From an uncultured delta proteobacterium (lineage in GTDB: Bacteria; Myxococcota_A; Polyangia; Fen-1088), in the NCBI GenBank assembly GCA_963767925.1, contig CAVYGB010000008.1, positions 1,952,001 through 2,016,000 on the forward strand: DNA of 64,000 nt, written 5' to 3'. A program made the position numbers and the translations under genes. The first letter of the stretch is position 1; every line of letters begins with the position of its first letter. The notes beneath the pieces are model-generated. The model did no database searches and was not told the DNA's origin. It saw only the letters and a program-made list of their open reading frames with translations. This document shows, one piece after another, positions 44,785 to 54,422 of this stretch.

Positions 44785-46404
44785 ATGCGTTCTGCCTGGA
44801 TCGAGCGGCTGCCGGCCCTCTGGATCGCTTGCGCTACGGCCCTCTCAACCCTGGCAGGGTGCGAGGCGGTCGGGGAAATCGGTCTCCCTCGGTTCGTTCC
44901 CGGCGCGCCGGACGTCCCGGTTCTGGGGTTCGGCCTCGACCGATCGATGCCGCAAAACCAGGGGCTGCTGATTGGCATCGACACGAGAACCGGCTACCCG
45001 GCCAGCCAGGGTCCGACCATGGACCCTCTCATCGTGGAGGCTCGGCGGTTCTATGACGTCAACAAATACCCGCGCGCCGAGGAGCAGCGGGTGGACTATC
45101 CCGACCCATTCACCGGCGGGCCTCCCGGCATGCGGCGCACGGCTCCGCTCACCTTCGAGTCGTGGAAGGTGGCATTCGCCTTCCCGCCCCGGCGGCGAGG
45201 CCAGAGCCTGGAGAGCTATCGCGAGCTGGCGGGGGTCGTGACCTACTACAACCGCAACGAGTTGGGGCTCGGGCGCGAGCTCGCCTGCGCGAGCTTCGTC
45301 GACGGGACCGACCCCAACGGCCGGCCGTTGATGGGCCTGGCCTGTTACGTGACCAACTACGGAAGCATGTTCCGGGACGAGGTCCACTCGCTGCAAGAGG
45401 CGGTGGCGGGATCTAGCCCGCGCAATACCGTCTGCATCACCTGGCGCCCGACCATGGAACCGAATTACGAGGTCCAGTTCTACGTCTATGGGGCGGACGG
45501 TCGTCGCATGGACTGGGCCCAGCTCGACACCTTCGGACCGCGGCCGCATCCACAGGTGTGCACCGCTTGCCACGGGGGCTCCTACGACGAAGGCAAACAT
45601 CTGGTGAAGAACGGGCGGTTTCTCCCCCTCGATCCGAACGTCGTGGGCTTTGCCTCGAACGCTGCGGTCCCTCCTGCTTTGACCCGTGAGGGGCAGGAGG
45701 ATCGCATCCGGGTGATCAACGCCGCTTCCTTGCGCACGCCCCTCACCCCGGCCCAGGTAGAGTTGATCCACGAGCTATACGACGGACATGTGACGGTTCC
45801 CGGTGCGCGTAGCCGCAGCAGCTGGGTTCCGGTCGGCTGGCGGGGTAGCCCGCAGCAGGAGGGTCTCTTCGACCAGGTCATCAAGCCCTACTGCGCAACC
45901 TGTCACATGGCCATGCAGCACGGACTGGATGGAAGCGCGCTCCTGTCTTATGGCCTCTTCCGTTCAGCCGCGGACCTCCGGCGGTTTCCGCTGGAGGCGG
46001 TGATCTGTGGTTCGTTTGGTATGCCCAACGCTCAAACCACCTCGATCAACTTCTGGAACCCGCAATCGGGCCCCCTGTCGATCGGAGGTCGTGAATTTGC
46101 CGCGCCCGCGGACGCGCTCCTCGACTGGCTGGGGAGCGCCCGATCGAATTGCTCCGGGCTCGAAGAGGTCGGTACCTGCAACCGCGGTCCCGATCCAGAT
46201 ACGCTGTGTGGAAACGCCGCGAGTGGAACCGCCTGCAACCGATCGACCGGTCGCTGTGAGCCGCAAGGCAGCGGCGGCGCGGGGGAACCCCGGGGATACT
46301 GTCGTACGGACGGATCGCGCACCTGTCCCCAACGCCTCCGGTGCGTATCGGCAGGCAACATGACCGAAGGCCTGAAGACCTTCGACGGTGTCTGCGTGAC
46401 TTGA
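44785..46404 (+). CDS. Putative diheme cytochrome c lipoprotein with Cys-rich C-terminus
   Basis: Lipobox LAGC; two CxxCH motifs (CTACH, CATCH); Cys-rich tail. Confidence 0.7.
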   Translation: MRSAWIERLPALWIACATALSTLAGCEAVGEIGLPRFVPGAPDVPVLGFGLDRSMPQNQGLLIGIDTRTGYPASQGPTMDPLIVEARRFYDVNKYPRAEEQRVDYPDPFTGGPPGMRRTAPLTFESWKVAFAFPPRRRGQSLESYRELAGVVTYYNRNELGLGRELACASFVDGTDPNGRPLMGLACYVTNYGSMFRDEVHSLQEAVAGSSPRNTVCITWRPTMEPNYEVQFYVYGADGRRMDWAQLDTFGPRPHPQVCTACHGGSYDEGKHLVKNGRFLPLDPNVVGFASNAAVPPALTREGQEDRIRVINAASLRTPLTPAQVELIHELYDGHVTVPGARSRSSWVPVGWRGSPQQEGLFDQVIKPYCATCHMAMQHGLDGSALLSYGLFRSAADLRRFPLEAVICGSFGMPNAQTTSINFWNPQSGPLSIGGREFAAPADALLDWLGSARSNCSGLEEVGTCNRGPDPDTLCGNAASGTACNRSTGRCEPQGSGGAGEPRGYCRTDGSRTCPQRLRCVSAGNMTEGLKTFDGVCVT

Positions 46405-46794
46405 GCAACGCCTCGAGGGGCGCGCGCGGAGACGATTCCGAGCGCGCCCAGGGCTGACACCACCCTGGGCCTCGAACCCCACCGCCGACCACAATCCGTA
46501 CTCCGTCGGACCTTTGGGCCTGTATCGCTTCGTCTTTCGAGTCGTTCGGCCGCGAAAGACCCGCGGGTCAAGTCGTTCATGAGCTGAGCCCTACGGACCG
46601 CTGGTGGCCGCGGGACAGATGTAGTGCCGTCGCAGAAGGTCTCCACGTCGGGGTGGATGCCTGATCCGACCGATCGCCCCTTCGAGTCGTCGGACGGGGG
46701 GAGCGGAGGGTCTGGAGGGCTACACCCAGGCCGAGCAGAGCTGGGCGGTCGAGGAGATCGAACGCTGGCTGGGCCGGGCGCGGGCCCGGGGAGA

Positions 46795-47490
46795 TCAGCG
46801 GGGGGCGGGCTCGTTGCGGCGCTGGGCCGCTCCCCGCTCGGCAGCGGCGCGGATCTCGGCGATGGCCGCCCGGTAGTCGGGGCGCCCGAAGACGGCCGCG
46901 CCGGCGATGAGGACGGAGGCGCCGGCCTCGGCGACGGTGGCCGCCGTGTCCGGCCCGACGCCACCGTCGACCGCGATCTCGGTCGGGATCCCGCGCCGCC
47001 GGATCTCCTCGGAGAGAACGCGGATCTTCGGCAACACCGCGGGGATGAAGGCCTGCCCGCCGAAGCCAGGGTTCACCGTCATCATCAAGACGGAGGCCAG
47101 GTCGTCGAGCACGACGTCGAGGCAGGCGTTGGGGGTGTGGGGGTTCAGCGAGACGCCCGCCCGCCGCCCCAGCGCCCGGATCTGCTGCACGGTCCGGTGC
47201 AGGTGGACGCTCGCCTCGGCGTGCACCCAGATTGTGTCGGCGCCGGCCTTGGCAAAGTCCTCGACGTAGCGCTCGGGCTCCACGATCATGAGGTGGACGT
47301 CGATGGGCTTCTGGGCCGCCCGGGCGATGGCCTTGACCACCACCGGCCCCAGGGTGATGTTGGGGACGTAGCGGCCGTCCATGACGTCGACGTGGATGCG
47401 GTCGCCTCCGGCCTCCTCGGCCGCCCGGACCTCCTCGGCCAGCCGGCCGAAGTCGGCCGACAGCACCGAAGGGGAAATGAAGATGCTCAC
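46795..47490 (-). CDS. rpe: Ribulose-phosphate 3-epimerase
   Basis: SPSVLSADF, HVDVMDGRYVPN, MTVNPGFGGQ and VDGG motifs. Confidence 0.96.
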   Translation of the reverse strand: MSIFISPSVLSADFGRLAEEVRAAEEAGGDRIHVDVMDGRYVPNITLGPVVVKAIARAAQKPIDVHLMIVEPERYVEDFAKAGADTIWVHAEASVHLHRTVQQIRALGRRAGVSLNPHTPNACLDVVLDDLASVLMMTVNPGFGGQAFIPAVLPKIRVLSEEIRRRGIPTEIAVDGGVGPDTAATVAEAGASVLIAGAAVFGRPDYRAAIAEIRAAAERGAAQRRNEPAPR

Positions 47491-48422
47491 CCTTCGACTA
47501 TACCGCGGAGGCGGCTGCCCGCGGGGATCACCCTTCCCGCCAGCACCGCCGCCGCCGCGAGCCGCTTGCGGCCGGGGAGCTGCAGCTCGGCGAAGGCCAC
47601 CGCCCCTTGCCCGCAGGCCACCAGCAGGCCCTCGGCGCGGGCGCCCAGGACCTCTCCGGGCTCCCCCCGCTCCTCGCTGACGGTGGGGCCGAAGAGCTTC
47701 AGGCTCTCCCCCTCCAGCGTCGCGCTGGGACCGGGCCAGGGATCGACCCCCCGGGCCTGCGCCGAGACCAGCCGGGCCGGCAGGCGGAAGTCGAGCAGCC
47801 CGTGCTGCTTCTCCAGGGGCGGCGCGAGCGTCGCCCGGGCGTCGTCCTGAGGCTCGGGCGACACCTCACCCCGGCCGATGCGGGGCAGGGTCTCGAGCAG
47901 GAGGTCCGCCCCCAGGGTGGACAGCCGCTGGGCGAGCGAGCCCGCCGTGTCGGTCTCCGAGATCGGCTCCTCGCGCCGGGCCACCACCGCCCCGGTGTCG
48001 AGGCCCTCCTCGACCCGCATGATCGAGACCCCCGTGCGCGACTCGCCCCGGATGACCGCCCACTGGATGGGCGCTGCCCCCCGGTAGGCGGGCAAGAGGG
48101 AGGCGTGGACATTCCAGGGACCTCGCGGCGGGATCTCCAGCAGCGCGGGGGGCAAGATGCGCCCGTAGGCCACCACCACGAACAGGTCCGCCGATTGCGC
48201 CCGCAGCTTCTGCTGAAGCTCCGGCTCCTTGAGGCGCAGGGGCTGCTCCACCGGGATGCCGAGCTCGAGGGCGAGCTGCTTGACCGGCGGGGCGGTGAGG
48301 GTCCGGCCGCGGCCTGCTGGCCGATCGGGCTGGCTCACCACCAGGACCACCTCGTGCTGCTCCGCCACCCGGCGCAACGAGGGGACAGCGAACTCCGGGG
48401 AGCCGAAGAAGACGACCTTCAC
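47487..48422 (-). CDS. fmt: Methionyl-tRNA formyltransferase
   Basis: FFGSPEFA, QPDRPAGRG, NVHASLLPAYRGAAPIQW and GLDTG motifs. Confidence 0.96.
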   Translation of the reverse strand: MKVVFFGSPEFAVPSLRRVAEQHEVVLVVSQPDRPAGRGRTLTAPPVKQLALELGIPVEQPLRLKEPELQQKLRAQSADLFVVVAYGRILPPALLEIPPRGPWNVHASLLPAYRGAAPIQWAVIRGESRTGVSIMRVEEGLDTGAVVARREEPISETDTAGSLAQRLSTLGADLLLETLPRIGRGEVSPEPQDDARATLAPPLEKQHGLLDFRLPARLVSAQARGVDPWPGPSATLEGESLKLFGPTVSEERGEPGEVLGARAEGLLVACGQGAVAFAELQLPGRKRLAAAAVLAGRVIPAGSRLRGIVEG

Positions 48423-49648
48423 GGCCGGCGGCCCGTCGGGGGCAAGAGGTGCTCGCGATAACGGCGGCGCAGGGCCTCGTCACCGAGGACCCGTCCGGCC
48501 TCGGCCAGCACGTCGCGGACGATCTCCAGCTCGCGAGCCAGCGTGACCGCCACCTCCGGATCGACCCGCTGGGGACCGATGTCCTCGGAGAGCCGACGGT
48601 GGGCCCGGGCTACCTCGGCCGCGGTCGCCTCCCGGGCCACCCCCAGGATCTGGAAGTAGTCGGCGTCCTGACTGAGGGCATAACGCGCCAGGATCCGCTC
48701 CCGATCGACCCGCTGGTCGAAGGTCCGCCGGCCGCGAGCCCGGCCCGGCTTCACCGGGGTGAGGAGGCCGAAACAGACGAGCACCAGCGCGAGGCGCGCG
48801 ACGAGGTCGTCCGGACGTCCGCTGGTCCGGGCGATGTCCTCCAGGGAACGCCGGCCGTCGAACCAGCCGAGCAGCTCCCGCTCGGCGGGCTCGAGGGCAA
48901 GCTCGGCCAGCAGGTCGGTGGCCTCCGGCCCGCGCGCGGCGGCGTAGAGGGTCGTGCCCTCGCCGAGGTGACGCTGGATCCGGGTGGCCGGGAAATCCCG
49001 GCGCAGGGCCTCGCGCACGAGGGCCGCCGGGTGCCGCAGCAGGCGGGTCTTGCGCGGCTCGAGCTCGGAGCGCGGGTCGAACCGGAAGCGCCCCTCGGTC
49101 CAGGGAAACAAGGACAGGATGATCTCCTCGTGCTGGGTCCGGAGCGCGGGCATCAGCTCGCCCGGCTTGAGCAGCCCCAGATCCACGAGCACCGCGCCCG
49201 TGCGCCGTCCGCTCCCGGCGGCCTGGCGCGCCACCCGACCCCGCTGATCGCTGTCGAGGCGGCCCTGCCGCAGCAACATCTCGCACAGGCGGTCTTCGAG
49301 CGCGCTGGAGGCCGCGTAGACCGGACGCCCGGCATCGAAGTGGATGCTCTTCTCCACCTCGCGCGCGCGCAGCGAGAGCTGTCCCGTCCAGACCTCCTGG
49401 TAGGCCCGGCCGAGCAGCAACGCCACGTCCGTCTCGGCCAGCTCACCGGCCCGGGCCAGGGTGGGCTCTGGCTCCGGGTCGGGCGCGCCCACCGTGCTCG
49501 CCGTCGCCAGCAGCTCGGCATCGAGCTGATCGTCGATCTCCGCGGTCAGGCGATCGGGCAGCGACGGCGCCAGGCCCGGCCCGGTCCCATCGCGGTCGTC
49601 ATCGGCGCGTGCCCGCCGCATGCGTCCCCGGGCCTCGGTCGTCGCCAT
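48419..49648 (-). CDS. DUF4388-type domain protein with C-terminal J-like domain
   Basis: WTGQLSL..KSIHFDAGRPVYAAS and LFPWTEGRFRF; DYFQILGV J-domain start, with HPD replaced by GPQ. Confidence 0.75.
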   Translation of the reverse strand: MATTEARGRMRRARADDDRDGTGPGLAPSLPDRLTAEIDDQLDAELLATASTVGAPDPEPEPTLARAGELAETDVALLLGRAYQEVWTGQLSLRAREVEKSIHFDAGRPVYAASSALEDRLCEMLLRQGRLDSDQRGRVARQAAGSGRRTGAVLVDLGLLKPGELMPALRTQHEEIILSLFPWTEGRFRFDPRSELEPRKTRLLRHPAALVREALRRDFPATRIQRHLGEGTTLYAAARGPEATDLLAELALEPAERELLGWFDGRRSLEDIARTSGRPDDLVARLALVLVCFGLLTPVKPGRARGRRTFDQRVDRERILARYALSQDADYFQILGVAREATAAEVARAHRRLSEDIGPQRVDPEVAVTLARELEIVRDVLAEAGRVLGDEALRRRYREHLLPPTGRRP

Positions 49649-49722
49649 GACCTTGATCAAAGCACGCGGCACGGGTCCCCGTCGACCATCTCGCGGCTTA
49701 CACCCCCGTACAGGGGCCTCGC

Positions 49723-52185
49723 TCAGAGCACGCTCTGCGGGTCGACGTCGACCACCAGCCGGACGCCGCCGGGAAGGACCCCGGCCGCCGCCTGCCGGGC
49801 GGTCGCCGCCAGGGCGGCGCGGTCGGCCGACCCCAGCCACACCTGCCAGCGGACCTGGCCGCGCAGGAACGCGATGGGCGCCTCGGCCGGACCCTTGACC
49901 GCCACTCCGGCGCCCGCGGCCAGGGCCCGTTCGGCCACCAGGGTCGCCGCCCGCCGGACCTCGGCGCCGTCTTGGCCCTCGAGCCTCAGGGCGATCAACC
50001 GGGCAAACGGCGGGTAGCTGGATTCCTGCCGGCGGCTCAGCTCACCCCGCACGAAGCCCTCGTAGTCGTGGGTGGGCAGCGCCACGACGGCCGGGTGGTC
50101 GGGGGTGAAGGTCTGGACGATCACCCGCCCCGGACGGTCCCCCCGCCCGGCCCGGCCCGCCACTTGCTCGAGGAGCTGGAAGGTCCGCTCCGCCGCCCGG
50201 AAGTCCGGCATGTGCATCCCCTGGTCGGGCAGCAGCGCGCCCACCAGGGTGACCCCCTCGAAGTCGTGCCCCTTCGTCACCATCTGGGTGCCCACCAGGA
50301 TGTCGACCTCCCGGCGCTGGACGCGGGCCAGCACCTGCTCGAGCACGGCGCCGCTGTTGCCGCCGGTGCTGTCCCGATCCAGCCGGGCCACCCGGGCGGT
50401 CGGGAACAGCTCGCGCACGAGGGTCTCCACCCGCTCGGTGCCAGCGCCCAGCCGCTCGAGCTTGGGGCGCGCGCAGGACGGGCAATTCACCGGCGGCGCC
50501 AGGGTCAAGCCGCAGTAGTGGCAGGCCAGCTCGGCGCGCGCCCGGTGGAAGGTCATCGACACCGCACACTGGCTGCAGCGCAGGACGTGACCGCAGGCCC
50601 GACAGAGCACCAGCGGGGAGAAGCCCCGCCGGTTGAGGAACAGGATGGCCTGCTCGCCCGCCTCCAGGGTCTGGCGGACGGCCTCCAGCAGACGCTTGGT
50701 GAACAGCCCGTCGGCCAGGAGCGGCTCGCGCCGGAGGTCCACGATCTCCACCGGCGGCAAAGGGCGCAGGGCGGCCACCGGGTTGGCCCGGGTGGGGAGG
50801 AGCAGCCGCCGGTAACGGCCTTGCTGGACGTTGTGCTGGCTCTCGAGCGAGGGCGTCGCCGAGCCCAGGACGGCTACCGCTCCCGCGCGCTGCGCGCGCA
50901 CCAGGGCCAGGTCGCGCCCGTGGTAGCGGAGCCCCTCCTCCTGCTTGAACGAGGAGTCGTGCTCCTCGTCGACAACCACCACCCCGAGGTCCCGCACGGG
51001 GGCAAACACCGCGGACCGCGCGCCGAGGGCGATCCCCACCTCGCCGGCGCGCAGGCGCCGCCAGGCGGTGCGGCGCTGGGCGGGTGGCAGGCCGCTGTGC
51101 AGGACCGACACGTCGTCGCCGAAGCGGGCCCGGAAACGGGCGGCGAGCTGGGGGGTCAGCGGAATCTCGGGGACCAGGACCAGGGCGCCACGGCCCTGCC
51201 GGCGCGCCTCGGCGATGAGCCGCAGGTAGATCTCCGTCTTGCCGGACCCCGTCACTCCCTGGAGCACGAAGGCCTGGAACCGGCCCCGCTCGGCAAGCGC
51301 GGCCGAGAGGGCCACCAGCGCCTCGGCCTGGTGGGGGTTGAGCTGGGGGACCTCCGCCGGCTGGTCCGGCCCCGGCGGCCGCGGGTCGGAGCGCTCCTCC
51401 AGCCGCACCACCCCCGCCCGCTCGAACGTGCGCACGGCCTGGCGCTCCCGCCGGTCCAGGCTCGCGACGGCGAGCCCCTCGCCGGCCTGCTGCAGCCGCT
51501 GGTAGAGCGCCCGCGCGATCTGCTGCCGGGGCCCGAAGCCGGGAGCCGGCCGATCCTCGACGACCCTGGCCCAGAGCTGGACGCGGCCCTGGCTGCGCCC
51601 GGCGATCTGGTCGCCCACCTCGACGTAACCCAGCTCGACGAGCCGGGGCAACCGGGGCTCGGCCCGGGTGCCGGCCAGCCCCCGCAGGCCCAGCCCCTGC
51701 CCTTGCGAGAGCCGGCGCAGCAGCTCCCGATCGTGCTCGTCCAGGCCCAGGCCGACGAAGCCCGCCTTGCCCTCCTCGTCCCGCCGCAGGAACAGCCGCC
51801 CCGCTTCGGTCAGCCGGATGCGGCGGGCGGCGGCGGCCCGCTCGCCCTGGGGCAGGGCCGCCCTCAGCACCTCTCCGAGCGGGGCCAGGTAGTAGCCGGC
51901 CGCCCAGCGGCACAGGTCCAGGACCTCCGGTTCCAGGGCGGGCTCGTCCTCCAGCACCGCCTCGATCGCCCGCACCTCCGCCGGACCTTCGGTCGGGTGA
52001 CCGACGACGAACCCGGTCACGCGCCGGCTGCCCAGGGGGACCACGACCTGCGCCCCGAGGGACGCGCGCTCGCCGAGCCGCGGATCGCGGTAGGTGAAGA
52101 CGGCGAACGGAGGCAGGGCCAGGGCGACCTCGAGGAGGCCGTCGGCCGCCTTGCTCCGCCGCTCCGCCCGAACGCCCTCGGTCAT
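49723..52185 (-). CDS. priA: Primosomal protein N' (replication restart helicase)
   Basis: GVTGSGKTEIY, DEEHDSSFKQ, two CxxC Zn clusters and QVAGRAGR. Confidence 0.96.
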   Translation of the reverse strand: MTEGVRAERRSKAADGLLEVALALPPFAVFTYRDPRLGERASLGAQVVVPLGSRRVTGFVVGHPTEGPAEVRAIEAVLEDEPALEPEVLDLCRWAAGYYLAPLGEVLRAALPQGERAAAARRIRLTEAGRLFLRRDEEGKAGFVGLGLDEHDRELLRRLSQGQGLGLRGLAGTRAEPRLPRLVELGYVEVGDQIAGRSQGRVQLWARVVEDRPAPGFGPRQQIARALYQRLQQAGEGLAVASLDRRERQAVRTFERAGVVRLEERSDPRPPGPDQPAEVPQLNPHQAEALVALSAALAERGRFQAFVLQGVTGSGKTEIYLRLIAEARRQGRGALVLVPEIPLTPQLAARFRARFGDDVSVLHSGLPPAQRRTAWRRLRAGEVGIALGARSAVFAPVRDLGVVVVDEEHDSSFKQEEGLRYHGRDLALVRAQRAGAVAVLGSATPSLESQHNVQQGRYRRLLLPTRANPVAALRPLPPVEIVDLRREPLLADGLFTKRLLEAVRQTLEAGEQAILFLNRRGFSPLVLCRACGHVLRCSQCAVSMTFHRARAELACHYCGLTLAPPVNCPSCARPKLERLGAGTERVETLVRELFPTARVARLDRDSTGGNSGAVLEQVLARVQRREVDILVGTQMVTKGHDFEGVTLVGALLPDQGMHMPDFRAAERTFQLLEQVAGRAGRGDRPGRVIVQTFTPDHPAVVALPTHDYEGFVRGELSRRQESSYPPFARLIALRLEGQDGAEVRRAATLVAERALAAGAGVAVKGPAEAPIAFLRGQVRWQVWLGSADRAALAATARQAAAGVLPGGVRLVVDVDPQSVL

Positions 52186-52201
52186 CGATCCGCCGCGGGG
52201 C

Positions 52202-53317
52202 TCAGGCCCGCTGCCACCCGGACATGCCGCCGGTGGGTGGCGGCGCCTCCGGTTCGCTGGGGGAGGCCTGGCTGGCGGCGGGCGGGCTGGATCCGGTGTA
52301 GACGACGCGAAGGATCTCGGCGACCGCCTCGTAGAGCGCTTCGGGGATCTCGTCCCCCTCCTCCACGTCGCGCAGAGCACGCGCCAGGCTGACGTCCCGG
52401 AAGATCGGCACGCCCGACTCGCGCGCGATCTCCTTGATCTTCTCGGCGAGGATCCGTTCGCCCTTGGCGACAACGAGGGGGGCCTCCTGCGAGTCCTTCT
52501 CGTAGCGAATGGCGACGGCGATGTGATCGGGGTTGACCACCACGAAATCCGCTTTGCGAACGGCGTTCAGCATACGCTGCTGGAGCAGCTCCTTGTGCAG
52601 CCGCATCCGCTCGTGTTTGTGATGCGGGTCACCTTCCTGCTCCTTGTGCTCGCGCTTGACCTCCTCGCGCGTCATCCGCAGCTCCTTCATGTGCCGGTGA
52701 CGCTGCCACAGGAAGTCTCCGAAGCCGATGACCGCGACCACCAGCACCATCCACTGGCCCAGTCGCCCGCTGGCGTGCCCCAGCACCACCAGGAGCTCGC
52801 GAGGGGTGGCCCCCGAGAGCTGGGTCAATGACCGCATGAGCGGCTCGATGGCCGCGTAGGCCACCGCGGCAGCGAGGCCGATCTTAACGAAGCCCTTCAC
52901 CATCTCGACCAGCGACTGCATGCTGACCACCCGCTTGAAGTCGGGCATCAGCTTCTGGGTATCGAACTTCAGCGCCTCCAGCGCGAACACGCCGCCCGTC
53001 TGCATGAATCCGATCCCGATGGCCGCCACCACGGCCGCGATGAGCGGGGCGACGAGGGCGTTCCGCAGGGCCATCAACCCCCGGGTGAGCTGGGGCACGA
53101 CCGTCTTTTCGCTGGCCGCCACCTCGAGGGCGGTCTTCATGTGCGCGAGCAGGCCGCCGATCCATCCCTCCGCGCTCACGCTCAGCACCATGAAGATGGC
53201 GATGAAGACCACCCCCCCGGTCAGATCGCGGCTCATCGCGACCTGACCCTTCTTGCGGGCGTCGGTCAGCCGCTTGTGAGACGGTTCTTCTGTCTTTTCG
53301 CCGGCCGACTCCGCCAT
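52202..53317 (-). CDS. flhB: Type III export switch protein FlhB/SctU
   Basis: EKTEEPSHKRL, MTREEVKREHKEQEGDP, the NPDH autocleavage-type motif and PLVVAKG. Confidence 0.93.
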   Translation of the reverse strand: MAESAGEKTEEPSHKRLTDARKKGQVAMSRDLTGGVVFIAIFMVLSVSAEGWIGGLLAHMKTALEVAASEKTVVPQLTRGLMALRNALVAPLIAAVVAAIGIGFMQTGGVFALEALKFDTQKLMPDFKRVVSMQSLVEMVKGFVKIGLAAAVAYAAIEPLMRSLTQLSGATPRELLVVLGHASGRLGQWMVLVVAVIGFGDFLWQRHRHMKELRMTREEVKREHKEQEGDPHHKHERMRLHKELLQQRMLNAVRKADFVVVNPDHIAVAIRYEKDSQEAPLVVAKGERILAEKIKEIARESGVPIFRDVSLARALRDVEEGDEIPEALYEAVAEILRVVYTGSSPPAASQASPSEPEAPPPTGGMSGWQRA

Positions 53318-53338
53318 GGTTGAGGCCTCCCCTGCCCC

Positions 53339-54130
53339 TCAGCGCCACACGGCGAAGGCCCGCTCCACCATGACGTACCAGCCCCGGAAGGCCCCGCTGA
53401 GCGCGCCCTCGATCCCGCCCAGGCCCACGAGGACGATCCCCACCCCGGCCATCGCCTTGAGGGGCATGCCCACGAAGTAGACCGGGATCTGCGGCGCCAT
53501 CCGGGCGATGGCCCCCAGCACGAGATCGGCCACGAACAGGGCCACGATGGCCGGCGCCGCCAGGGCCAGGGTCGACTCCAGCAACATCGCGGTGGTGATC
53601 ACGACGAGCCGGGCCGCCGCCGCCAGGCTCTCCGGGGTGCCCGACAGGTCGAGGGGGACCGCCTGGTAGCTCCGGGCGAGCGCGGTGGCCACGTGGCCCA
53701 CTCCGCCCATCTCCAGGAAGATCACGGTCGCCAGCAGCAGGAAGATGTCCCCCAGCGGGCTGGCCCGGCCCTCGGTGATCGGGGAGATCACCTCGGCCAT
53801 GTTGGCACCCCGCAAGGTGTCGACGAGGCGGCCCGCCGACTCGGCGGCCCGGAACACCGAGGAGCCCACGAAGCCGACGGTGAAGCCCACCGCGGTCTCG
53901 CGCGCCAGCAGCAGGATCCAGTAGAGCCCCCCCGTCTGGGTCGGCAGGGCGGGCATCACCACCGGCAAGCAGATGGCCGAGAGGGCCAGCCCCAGCCCCA
54001 TGCGCACCTGCGCGGGGACGCTCTGGCCGCCAAAGGCGGGGATCAGGAACGCGATCGGGATGGTACGCATGGCGCCCACCCCCAGGGCCCAGAGCCAGCG
54101 GTCCAGGTCCCTTGGCAGCAAGTCCAGCAT
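53339..54130 (-). CDS. fliR: Type III export gate protein FliR/SctT
   Basis: Multi-TM protein; AESAGRLVD and ARMAPQIPVYFVGMPLK motifs. Confidence 0.9.
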   Translation of the reverse strand: MLDLLPRDLDRWLWALGVGAMRTIPIAFLIPAFGGQSVPAQVRMGLGLALSAICLPVVMPALPTQTGGLYWILLLARETAVGFTVGFVGSSVFRAAESAGRLVDTLRGANMAEVISPITEGRASPLGDIFLLLATVIFLEMGGVGHVATALARSYQAVPLDLSGTPESLAAAARLVVITTAMLLESTLALAAPAIVALFVADLVLGAIARMAPQIPVYFVGMPLKAMAGVGIVLVGLGGIEGALSGAFRGWYVMVERAFAVWR

Positions 54131-54143
54131 GGGCCCGTCGCGG

Positions 54144-54422
54144 TCAGCGCAAGGTGGACACCGAGGCCAGGACCGTCTGGGTGAAGCGCAGGAGCTGAGC
54201 GCCCAGCAGCGGCCCGAGCGCCACCAGCACGATCACGACGATCAGCAGCTTGGGCACGAAGGAGACCGTCTGGTCCTGGATCTGGGTGGCGGCCTGGAAC
54301 ACGCCCACGAAGAGACCTATCGCCAGGCTCGCGATCAGCGGCGGCGCCGACAGGACGATCACCAGGAGCAGACCCTCCCGGATCACCCGCAAGACGACAT
54401 CGAGAGCCGAGACGCTAGACAT
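54144..54422 (-). CDS. fliQ: Type III export gate protein FliQ/SctS
   Basis: GLFVGVFQAATQIQDQTVSFVPKL. Confidence 0.93.
   Translation of the reverse strand: MSSVSALDVVLRVIREGLLLVIVLSAPPLIASLAIGLFVGVFQAATQIQDQTVSFVPKLLIVVIVLVALGPLLGAQLLRFTQTVLASVSTLR

Larger units (their letters stand above)
42068..46790. mobile_element. Decayed integrative/mobilizable island at tRNA-Pro (right boundary uncertain)
   Basis: Integrase and relaxase remnants immediately after the tRNA, then cargo genes before the housekeeping gene rpe. Confidence 0.65.
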
